DNA of 64,000 nucleotides, from the NCBI GenBank assembly GCA_013239625.1, contig MU054925.1, positions 310,001-374,000 of the forward strand, written 5' to 3'. Within the stretch, counting starts at the first letter, position 1; the number at the start of each line of letters is the position of its first letter. Positions 34,801-46,800 of the stretch are shown here, in pieces. A program made the position numbers and the translations under genes. The notes under the pieces were generated by a model. The model saw nothing but the letters and a program-made list of their open reading frames with translations, did not search any database and was not told the origin of the DNA. The DNA comes from Lama guanicoe (Eukaryota).

Positions 34801-37800
34801 ATGGAGATCCCAGGCTCGGGCTCAGGCTCCGGGGGGGACGGTGGCGGAGCCACACTCAAGGTGGTGGAGTTTTCAGTGCTGCTGCCGCTTGTGGACAGAA
34901 CTGCCGGGGGATGGCAGGCAGGAGCCACTGTCAGTGACCTCTGACCCTGAGCACCCACAAACCCAGCTCTGAACCCAACCCAGCATCAAGCATGGGAATC
35001 TCTTCCCTGCAGGCCCAGAACTAGGTGGTGCAGGAGACAGGAGCCCGTGAAGGACACATGGGCCCCCCAGGGCTGGATCCCGAATATCAAGGCTGGGAGA
35101 GGTCATCTACGGTGACGGAGCAGATGTGGAGAGGTGAGAGGTACTGTGGCAAGTTGTGGGATGGAGAGCTGGTGTGAGAGGGTCTCACACAGTGGGGGTC
35201 TGATGTGGGGGAGTTCTGGCAAGGGGAGAATTGGCAGGAGGACAACGTGGTATCTGGCTTAGGGGAGGGCAGGGAAACAGGACCTGGCCCAGGGGTCATC
35301 CAAGGGCTCTCACCTTCAGCAGGGGATGGCCGTGGGGCCTGGGAAGGCAGCAGCACATGCGTGTGAGGATCCCAGGCATCCTGGCCCCGGAAAAGGTTGC
35401 TGTGGTAACGAGGGTAGCGACGGGTCCCCCGGGTGGGGCTGGGGTGCTCCATGCGGTCGATGCTGAGCACTGCCCAGGAGGAAGAGGGGTGAGACCCGTC
35501 AAGGGTCTCTTCCCGGTGCTGTCCCATTCCCTCCTACCCCTTATCCTGCACCCACAGCCCACAGCCTCCTGCTACCAGCTCAGAGCCTGTCCCTGCAAAG
35601 CGCTGAGGGTGGCAGCACAGCCTGTACCACTAATGTCGACATCACTAGCCCCCGGCCCCTCGGACCTCCAAGTCCTTGCCCTTACACAGCCGCCTGTCCC
35701 ACCCCCCTACCCTCCACATACTGATGTTGGGTGTCACCAGCCCCACAGGATTCAGGTATGTGAGTTCCATATTCCTTGCCAGCGTGGCCGCATACTCCTC
35801 CAGATGCTGCACCAGCCCCGCGCTGCCTGGGGAGCCCCCAGGGGCCCGCTGCCCCAGTGCCGCCCACAAGTCTCCGGTCTCTGGAGCAAGCAGTGCAGAG
35901 CCGGCCCACAGCAGGTTCTGGGAGGAGGGAGGGGAGAGTGGGGCCCAGCCAGATCAGGAGGGTGAGGGGACAGGGCAGGCCTGAGGGGTCTGGCCAGGTG
36001 CCTAGAGGGACCCCAGCAGGCAAGGGGGTGGACCTAGAGAGGACAAAGCAGAAGAGAGAGCCCAGAGCCTTCACCTCCCCAGGGTCAGGAGGGGCCTGAG
36101 TCGGGGATCCAGGGCAGGGGAGCCTGGGCCAGGGGATTGGGAGCCCAGGGTGCAGCCCTACCTCATTGAAATGGGCATCCTGTGTGGCTGTCAGCCCGAA
36201 GCCCTGCTGGTGGCTCTCAAAGGCTAACAGATGGGCCAGCAGGCGGGCAGTGACTCGGACATCTTGGCTGAAGTAGTGGTCGGTGTGGCCGGTTACCTCC
36301 CGAAGCCTCTGAGCCAGCTTCTTGGCCTCCACAGTATCCAAGACTGTCTTGTTCAGCTCCAGGCCATCCAGCTACCAAGACAAAGATGGAGGTGGTCACT
36401 CAGGCCTTTCTCAAAAGCCTCACAACAAGAAGGGTTTGGTTAGATTAAAGGGCAACCAGGAAAACCCCAGGTCCGGGGCCAAGGCCAGTCTTCAGTGCAG
36501 GGCAAGGTCTGGGCAGTCTCACCAGCAGATTGAGTTCTCGGAAGGCAGGGGAAGTACAGTTGAAGAGGTCGGGTTCCAGCCAACCCTGGTCTTCATCACA
36601 TAGCCGCATGGCGGTACCTGAGAGCAGGCAACCCCTCGTCAGGCCCGGGGCCCGGACACCTCCGCTGATGAGGTGACCACAGCACCCTCCCCTATCCCAG
36701 GGGAGCTCTGAGGCAGAGACCAGGTAGTAGGCATCTGTGGCTGGATCCCTGGACAGAACCACCCCAGTCCTCAGCCCAGATGGGCCCCAGGGGCTTGTCA
36801 GTCAATTCCTGAGGGGTCTGTGGACCATTTTGAACCACCATGATATAAAGAACACATCAGCAGGGCTGTATGTGTACACACGTGCACAGACATATGCACA
36901 AGCCAGAACAGCTGCACAGACCCGTGGCCCAGGGCAAGCACACATACCAATGCTCTCACATCTACACATAAACAGATGTGCAGACCAGGACAAACACACA
37001 GACCTACAATGCTTGCAGGCACATGCTCTCGCTCGCTCGCTCGCTCTCTTTCTCTTTCTCTCACTCGCTCTCTCTCTCTCTTTCTCTCTCTGACACACAC
37101 ACACATATACACAGTGACATGGACCAGGTTTTCCAGATGTATTTTGTGACCAACATGATGTGGGGGTGGAAGCTCTCACACACATTTTAATTGCCCCAGC
37201 GGTGCCTTTGCTGATCTCTCTCCCTTGTCTTTGCGATTGGAATGAGAGTTGAATGAGAAGTGACCTGGGCCTTAAGAGAGCTTGTAGACACTGGTAAAGT
37301 CTGACTTAAACGCAGAACTCCCTGACTTACATAGAATCCCCTCCCCAAAAGACAGACTCACAGATGCGTGCACAGGCACAGAGAGACACACACAAGAGCA
37401 TGCATTCACAGACAATCTCTGTCTGGCCACTGCAGAGACCTGAAGCAGCAGGAAGGATTCTGTGGGGACCTCAGGCAACAGAGAGAAGTGGGATCCTCAA
37501 ACAGAAGGTGGGTGTCTTTCATGCCCTCAGGTAGTAGGGAGAGGCCTGCAGGGACCTCAGGAACTGAGGAGGGGTCTACAAGGACCTTAGGAAGTATGTG
37601 GGGGGGTACTCTTCAGGGTCCTCAGGCAGTGGGGAGGGGCCTCTGAGGATGTGAGGCATCAGAGGGCCCCCAGAGTCCTCAGATAACAGGAAGGGTTCTC
37701 CAGGGACTTCAAGCAGCTGGGAGTAGCTTTTAGAGACCTCAGGCAGTGGGGAGGGGTCTGCAGGGACTTCAGGCAACAGGAGGGATCTGCAAAAGCTCTG

Positions 37801-40800
37801 GCAGTGGGAGGGGGCAGCGCACCTAAGCAAACACGTACCCCTTACCTGCACCCCGCAATCCTGCCCAGAAGCCAAGAGAAACAGATGGAGGCTCATTGAG
37901 GGTGTGGTGAGGGACCCGGAGCCCCAAAGAGGTAGTGAGGGGCCCACATGGACCCCTACCCAACTCCCACTTCTTTGTAGGAACAAGGCCGACCAACTCA
38001 GGAAAAGAGGTGGCTCCAGCAGGCAGAGGACAAGCCTGCACCCCCCTCAGTGATGTACTTGCCTCCTAGTACTCACCCAGGGCCCCCCGAGGACAGGGCA
38101 CTGAGGCCAAGACACCAAACTTGGTCTGGGGCCACCACACACCAGATCTCAGGGACTTGGGGCAGGCATCATAGAGCACTAGGGAGAGAGGAGGCACTGA
38201 GCCAGGCAGCCAGGAGCTGGGGCAAGTGACAGCTACTTCCACTGTCCTGCATCCGCCAAGCAACCCCCCCACTCCCCTGCTGGCCTCACAGGAGCTGGCC
38301 CGTCAGATTCTGTGACAGGTCATCCAAATACTCAGGGTAGATATGGGAGTGCCTGGGTGTAAGTAAGGCTCTCTCAGAGAAGCTTCTTAGAGTCCCCACC
38401 CAAGGAGCCAAGCATGCCATGGCTCTGGCCCGCTTGGTGGCAGCGGGCCAGAGCCAGCTCTCTATATGTGGGGCTGGGTGGAGCCTGCTCACCCCGGCAG
38501 CCGCTGGCTGTCACCTCGGCAAAAGGACTGTCGCAGCTGTTGCACTGGCGGCCAAGGGCTCCTGGGCGACAGGGGCACTGCCCGCTGTGGGGTGCACATG
38601 AGCGCGAGGTGGAGCCCACAGGGTAGCAGTCACATGGGAGGCACGAGTCACTGCCCCGTGGTCGGTAGTGGAACTCCTGTTTGAGAATGGGTCAGGGGCC
38701 TAAGGTCAGAGGTCAGGGCTTAAGGTAGGGGGTCTCAGCTCAGGACTTGGGGAATGAGTGGAATCAAGGGCAAAGGGTCAGGAGAACAGTGCTCACAGGC
38801 CAGTAGGAAGACTGGCCTCAAATGAAACCTAAGGGAGGGGTTAGACGTCAAGGATAAAATGTGGCCATTAGGTCATGGGATAGGGGTAAAAGGTCAGGGG
38901 CTGAGTGAGGTGGCAGAGGTCAGCAAGCTTGATAAGCATCAAAAATCATGTCTAGGGAAGAGTTAAAAGGTCAGGACTCAAGAGCCAGGCACACCTTGCA
39001 GTGACACTGCCCATTGGTCTTGTTACAGTTGGGGTCAAAGCCCTTGTGAACATCGCAGTTGCAGGGTCCACACGTTGGACTCCCCCACCAGCCCCGTGGG
39101 CACTGCTGGTCCATCCTGGGGCAGACAGGCAGGTGAGATGCCTCCACGATAGTACAGTGATCCTCTCTCTCCCCACCACCAGCTCCTTCCATCATTTCGA
39201 CCCCCAGCCCCTTACCTGTGCTCACAGTGGTGCCCAAAATAGCCACCTACACAGTCACAGATATAGCCATGGGGGGCCCCGGGGAGGTGCCGGCATGACC
39301 CCTGGTTCTGACAGGGGTTCAGGAGGCAGGCGTCCACACAGCCTGGGCCATAGTAACCTGCAGGTTAGGTCAGAGAACTTAGGACACTGGCCACAGAGCA
39401 TGGGGGGAAGCAGGTACCTGTCCTTCTCAGTCCCTGCCTCCTCCATGCTCTCCAGGTTCCCCAGTCTTCACCAAGAGCCCCAGATCACCCTGCCTCCCTC
39501 CCCCAGGTCTCACCTGGCCAGCAGGTACAGGAAAAGGTCTGCCAGAGGTCTCGGCAGTCAGCGTGGGGTGGGCAGGGCCCAGAAGCACAGGCATTGGTCA
39601 CAACGCAGCCAGGTTCCACGTTCACTCGGTGACTTGGGGGAAGCAGGGCCGGAGTCCCTGAAGGTGTGGAGCCGAGCCATACCCCCTATGAACACAGCCA
39701 GCAGGGGATGAGACCCATGGCAAAGCACCTCAGCCTCAAGTCCTGCAGAGCCAGCCACTTGGTTTGAGAACCCTGATATGCAATCTCCTTACAAATCCTG
39801 GACTCTGATCCCAAATCCTCAATTCAGTGCCCCTGTGGGACACCCAATCATGCTGTCCCTGACACAAGCCTCCAGTGACTGTTGATAATCTAAGCTAGAC
39901 TCTCACCTTCAGCAGCACAGAAAGGCTTGACCCATCTCTGATGGCTCTCGGACACTGCTACCCCTGTGCCAACCCCCATGTGAATGCAGCATTTCAGGTC
40001 CCAAGGCATCTTGATCTCTGACCACCCACCCTGATGCCCCATATCATGTTCGCATGCTGACCCCCACCTGGATACAGCCAACCAGCCCCTGAGGATCCTC
40101 CTCATCACTGCTGGGGGGCAGGCCTCCCACGTGGAGTCGCTTTACCTTCAGGCCCTGCAGCTCATTCCCCACTGCCAAGGTGTCCTGGAGGAGGGGAGCA
40201 GTCAGCATTGGGGGTGTGGGGGGACTTGATGGACCCCTGCCCTGCCCCAGGGTCAGTCTTGGCCTTATTCTAGCCCTGCAGGACCACTGTCTGCCCCTCT
40301 GGGCCAGGGGACCGGTCTGGGCATGAGATGCTCCCAGGTATGGAAGACCTACTGGAGCACAGCAGATGAGTGACAGGATGGTTTCAGTCGAGAGCTGAGC
40401 TCAGACAGATCCCTCTTTCCTGGACCCAGAACAGACCCTGAAATTCCAGGATTTTGAGCTGGGGAGATCGGAGCAGAGACCTGAAGAGGTTTCCAGGATT
40501 TAGGCAAAGCACTGGCCGTAGAGATTCCCCAAGACCAGGCCAGAAATCTGCATAGCATCCCTGACATGAGGAGGGCCTGGCAGTGGACCAGCCTAGCTGG
40601 CAGCATGTGCTCAGAGCAAGGATCTGAGGAGAGGGCCGGGGGAGACATGAGACTACGTGCAGTGGAGGGAACTGAGAGGAGCTGGACTAGAGGTGGGTCA
40701 AATGAGGCGGATCTGGTCAGAAGACTGAGAATGGACTACTTCAGAGTGAGAGGTCAGACCTGAAAGAGACTAAAGTCCAATGAGACCATGAGGACATGGT

Positions 40801-43800
40801 GGCCCCGCCGGCCACCCGGCTCTTCCTGCAACTCCAGCCGCAGATCATGCCATCGGCCGTCACTGACAGTCACCTTGTCCAGAAGGAGGTGGGCAGCTCG
40901 GCCCGAGCCCCTGGTCACCGTCACGGACAGCAACCCCTGATTCAGCTGCGGGCAGAGAGGCACAGCTGTGAGGTCAGAGCCCCAAGTGGGGCTGGAGCTG
41001 GGAGTGTCAGGAGGTGAAATCAGGGGACTCTGAGGTCAAGAATATCACAGGTCAGAACAGCAGGGGCAAGGCTATATCTGGCACATGCGGCACTGTGCCC
41101 GGGGACACTACGCTGCTGCGAGTGAAGTTAGGGGGCATGGGGAAGGACCAGGGGTTGAGGATTGGTGTAGATGGCACATGAGAGCTATGTCAGTACCCTG
41201 CACCTGCAGAGGATATCATGGTGGGGAAGTGGGTCAAAGCCAGGGTCCAGAGCAGAGTCAAGTATGGTCAGGACACCTAGCAGAGAAGTATGCTGTGTGA
41301 CCAGGCTGGAACCCACAGGAATGTTGCTGGTGGCATTAGAGATGGAGAGCTGAGGGTACAGGAGGATCAGGAGGACAGGATCAGGAGGACAGACACACCT
41401 GACAGAGAAGTGTGCTATGTGGCCCAGCCTGCACTTGCATCAAGACACCCTGCGTCGCCCGTGTCCGAAATGCCAGCCCCAGGTACCATGGTACAGACAC
41501 AGCCATGTCATTTCCAAAGTCCCAGCTCAGAGTGCCATTGCCACGGAAATGGTGGGGATGGGCCATGGCTGGTGGGATAAAAGAAGCAGGGTCACAAGCC
41601 CCACCTCAAGAACAGAACTTACCCTGTGGGCCCCTCCTGCCCCAGGCTGCCCACTCACTGAGCCGACAGTCTTTGCCTCCAAAACCCACAGGGCAGTCAC
41701 AGCTGAAGCCGCCCCAGCGTTCTGAGCAGAAGCCGCTGTTCTTGCAGGGGCCCGAGTCACAAAAGTGCAGCTTGGCCTGGCAGCCTGGGAGAGGAAGGCA
41801 CATGGAGGATGTAAGAACATGGTGAGGGTACAAGTGCTGGACAAACAGGGGACCAGAGGGGCTGAAAGTGGCCATGGTCTCAGCCCCATGTTCTCTCAGA
41901 GGGTGGAATTGGTAGCAATCTGGCCCCAAAGGCTAGGCTGGGGCATGGTCCTTGCCAGGAAAGGAGACAGGGGTGAGGTCAGATTTTGAATCAATCCATA
42001 TAGCCCTCCACCCTTTCCCTCTGATGCGGACATGGCCTACCTGCTGTGGTGCCATTGTTTGCCACGAAGGCCGCCATGTCCACTCGGCGGCCATCAATAT
42101 GCAGGTCCCGCATGCAGCCAATAAAGTCCTTGTGGGACACAGGGAAGTTCTCGGGGAGGTTGGGGACACCCCCCAGGAGCAGAGGGCCCGTCAGGTCCAG
42201 GGACCTGGAGGTCAGGGGTCCAAGTCATTGGTGGGACTGGGGCCAGGGTAGATTTGCTCCTGGGGGGCCACAGGAAATGGAGGGGGTAGGACTCAGAGGG
42301 TAAGATGATTGGTGGGGAGAGTAAGGTCAGGCTGGGGAAGGAACTGGGTCCTTACTTTAGTTGTGGGGGTGCAAAGGACAGTTCATGATTGGCAGATGGT
42401 CTGGGGAAAGGTGGGAGAGGCTGGTGTTGAGGACTAGGATGAGAAAGGGAGGCATCTGGGTGGCTAGGGTAGGGGATGGAGAGTGAAGAGTCTGGGGGCT
42501 GATGGGGACATGGAGCATTAGAGATCGGGGGAGTGGAGACTTTGTGGGATTGTGTGGGAGTGGGGAGTCTGAGGTAGAATACAGAGATGGGGGCTAAGGT
42601 GAAGTAGGGTTTCAGCATCCTACTGGGGAAAGGGAATTCTGGTGGTTTGGGGAATGATGGGGAGTTTGGCAGGCAGTATGTGAAGGGCTGGGGTGGGCTT
42701 TGGCAGGCAGAAGGCTTGGGGATCAGGGGCTGGGGACCTCACTTCTTGGAGCTTGTTTGCATGCCAGCAGCTGCGCATGAGTAGTTGCCAATCTCAGCAC
42801 CAAACTGCAGAGCCACGGCCACATCGCAGTCATCCACGCTCAGGACAGCCACCTTGTCCTTGGAGGGGCCCTGTGCACCCCCCAGGGCATCTGTCCGGGG
42901 CTAGAGACCCAGGTACACCACTCAACAGGACCCCCAGGGTGACCCCTGAGGGGCAGAATCTGGCATCCCAGCTCCCCCCATACTCCCATGCCAAGGGTGG
43001 TGCCCACCTTGTTGTAGTATCTCAGATGCACTGTATGCCACTGCCCGTCACTCAGGCCCCCTGGAACTGTGGGGCTGACCACTGTGTTGGACTCACCTGT
43101 GGGGTGGACGTGTGTGGAGGCTTGTCTGGAGCTGCTAAATTCCCCCACCCACCCAAGCATGCAGGCACAGCTACTCCCAGGGTGACCCTGAATACATCAG
43201 ATCACTCTCCTCACTGGTGACTACAACTGCTGGACTAGAGTGCTTTTGGACAGATAGGAGAAGCACATGCTTCTTGGAGAGCTGAGCTTTCCCACAGGGA
43301 AAGTGGTCCTCATCAGTGTCTGTTGGGCATTTGGTGTGTGTTCAGGTGTGCCGGTGGGGCAAACCTGAGGGAACCTGAGACTTGCACCCCACAGCCATCT
43401 CACCCACACCTGCACCCATTTGCCCCCAGACTCATCTGCCGGGGCACCCACCGGTGGAATATGTCAGCCGCACTTGCCCAGCCACGAGCTCCAAGGCCAG
43501 GAAGTCGTGCTTCTCGTTCAGGCGCCCGTTGTAGAACAGCAGTCCGCTTGGCTGCACGGTGGCGAACCTGGGCGGGGTGGGCGGGCGCGTCATGATCCAG
43601 ACCCCTCCTCACACCCACCATCCCTGAGACAAGAAGGTTCGCGACGTTCCCGCCCAGGCTGGGGTAAGAGAGGAAGCGACAAGAGAGGGTGGGACCAGCG
43701 GGTGAGGTCAGGCAGGCCATCAGGGGAGCGGTGGTGTGCTGTGGGACCCCAGGATGGGGCAGTCAGGTATCAGGGTCATGGAGCTAGTAGGGAAGGCGTG

Positions 43801-46800
43801 CAGGCGCACAGATGCGTGCGGGCACCTACGAGAGGGACAGCGTGAGGTGGAAGCGCTGCCGCAGGCCGCGGAACATGACGAACGAACTGGGCGGGAAGGA
43901 GCGTGCTGCCACCTCGCAGCGCGGACCCTCGAAGGCGCCACCCGCTGGGCACTGGCAGCGGAAGCCGCCGTCGGGCCCATCCGCGCAGGTACCCCCGTTG
44001 CGGCAGACGCCGGGCACGCAGCGTCCGGCCTCCGTGTCCAACTCACAGTCTTCGCCTAGGGGTCAAGCCGCGGTCAGAGGTCAAGACCGCGCAGGCCAAT
44101 GCTCCAGCGGGCCCCGCCCCTCCGAAGGCCACGTGCTCCAGGCCAGCGCCAAGACCTCTGAAAAGTCGAGCTCGCTGTGGGCACGCCCCCATTCTGCCTG
44201 GCCCGCCCGGCTGCGGCCACGCCCCTCCCCGGGTCCCGCCCCGTCCACTACCACAGAGCCTCACCGCCCCGCCTGTCCAGGGCCCCGACCCCGGTTGCCT
44301 CAAGAGTGATGCTCAATCCTCGCTTGCACAATAGTTCTGTCCCACTCTCTGCCTGGGTTCACCCCGGCCTGGCGCCCGTCTCACCTGTGAAGCGCGGGCG
44401 GCAGACACAGGTGTAGCCTCCCTCGCGCCGCGCGCAGGCGCCGCCATTGCGGCATGGGTTGGAGTAGCAGAGGTCGAGCTCCGTCTCGCAGAAGTCTCCG
44501 GTGAAGCCGGGCGGGCAGCGGCAGCGCAGGCCTGCGATGGGCTGGATGGGCCTGAAAAGCGTGGAGGCCGAGGCCAGAAAGGGTGCAGACGAGTCAAAAC
44601 GCAGCACGGACACGCACTTCATGTAGTTCTCACAGGGCTCGCGCAGGCACACGTTGTCGTCAAAGGGCAGCACGTCCAAGAGTGAGCGGGCGGCAAGGGC
44701 GGCGCGGCGCACGTACAGCTGCTCCTGCAGCTCCTCAGAGCTGAACCAGGGACCCGCAGCGCCAGCCCCGGATCCCCGCGGCGCCAGCGCCGAGAAGCTC
44801 ACATTGAGCACGGTACCCCCAACGTCCGTGTCGTTCTGAATATTGAAGATGAAGACATCCTCCGCGGGTGTGGCAAGTACCGCGGCCACGCCTTCCAGGA
44901 AGTGGCCCAGCAGTGGCGATAGGAAGCGTTCCTGCCACATGTTCTCCAGGCGCACTGTCAGGCTGTTGGCCAGCAGCTCCTCCGTGATGATGACCACACG
45001 CAGCACACACTGTGCCGTCACACTATGTAGGCCATCTACAGGCAGAAGTGGGGGAAGAGGTCAGTCTGGGGTCAGGGGCTTCCCCTCCCTGGGACAAGTG
45101 AATTGAAGGATAAATAAAATGTGCCTTCTTTGGCAGTGCCTGTAATTTATACTCCAAAACTTGAGAATGAGCACTGGTAAAGTCTGTCTCTCAACCCCTG
45201 CAGCCTCCAGTAGACAGGACTGCAAGAGCCTCTCCTGCCTGCCCTCTTCTATGAGGGAGAAGTTTATGAAAGCCTGGACCACGGAGGTAGGAAAGAGGCA
45301 GGTAGACCTCTGGACATTTTCCCAAAGGGCAGGGCTTCAGGCAGCCCCTTGGATAGCAGTCAGGCCAGTGTGGGTCCACTCAATGCCTGAGCTGCCAGAG
45401 TAAGCTGCGCTTCCCAACCACTAAACTGTTGGCCTCCCTCCCCTCCACAGGTAAGTTGAGGGTCAGACTGGACCTAAAGTAACGCTTCATTTGAATAGGG
45501 GTGTGGTGTGGGCTGACTGGCCTGTGGCATTTCCTGGAACCTCCAGAGCATTACCCCAGGATCTCCAGCCTTTCAGAGGGAGATGGGCTATCCCTAGACC
45601 AGCAAGCAGACAGTTCTTTACAGTCTTTATGGGATCTGCTAATGCTCTAGAATCTTTGGGGTTCTGTGGAGACCGTCCAAGAACCTAAGAAGAAACTATA
45701 TGAACCTAACCTGTGAGGTCTATGGCAGATCCTATGGGGTGAAGGAACCCAGCACTTAAGGAATTCTTGGAAGGCTTGGAAATCTCTCTGGTTTGAAGTG
45801 CCTTGTGGAGCCCCGGAGGTCACTGGCTCATTTGATTACCCTCTGCTGCTCACCTGTAACAGTCACCAACATGGAGGCCACCAGTGGACGGTTGTTGTCT
45901 AGCTTGCGGCTGAGTCGAAGCTCCCCGCTGGTCTGGTTGACCACTAGCAGCTGCAACTCATTGCCCCGCTCAAAGGAGTAGAAGAGGTGGTCAGAGACAT
46001 CAGGATCGTATGCTGGGATGCGCCCAATAATGCCTGAGGGGAAGGTGTCTGAGCGGTTGGATACATAATTGTTGAAGAGGATCTGAAAGTTGTTGAGCAC
46101 AGGGCTGTTGTCATTCTGGTCAACCAGGCGGATGTGCACAGTGGCCCGACTGACCAGAGGGGTTGATGTGGCCTGCACCACAATCACATATTCCTGGCGA
46201 GCCTCATAGTCCAAGTCAATGAGTGCCGTCAACTCTCCAGAGAAGATGTCCATTTGGAACAGCTCAGGGATGTTCCCCTCCACGATCTGGTACATTATAT
46301 GAGCATTGGGACCTTCGTCAGGGTCTACTGCAGTGATTTGGGCCACCACTGAGCCCACAATGCTGTTCTCCTTCACTTGCACCTCAAATTCCTCAGCCGG
46401 GAAGACGGGTGCATTGTCATTAATATCCTGCACTGTCACCTGGATGCTGACTGGAGTCCGAAGCGGGGGCACGCCTCGGTCCACTGCATAGGCAGTCAGT
46501 TCATACACTGGCACTGCCTCCCGATCCAGCCGCCTCACTGTTCGGACAATGCCAGAGGTGGGCTCAATGGTAAAATCTCCATCCCCATCTTCCCCATTCT
46601 GGAAAGTATACTGGACTCGGCCATTGGCATGAGCATCCCGGTCAGTGGCTGAGATCTGCAGGACACTGGTGAAAGGTGGGGCATCCTCAGAGACCAGCCC
46701 TGTGTAATGGGAGGCCACAAACTGTGGAGCGTTATCATTCACATCATTCACCATCACCTCCACGTAAGTAGTGTCTGCCTTCTGTGGTATTCCATTGTCC

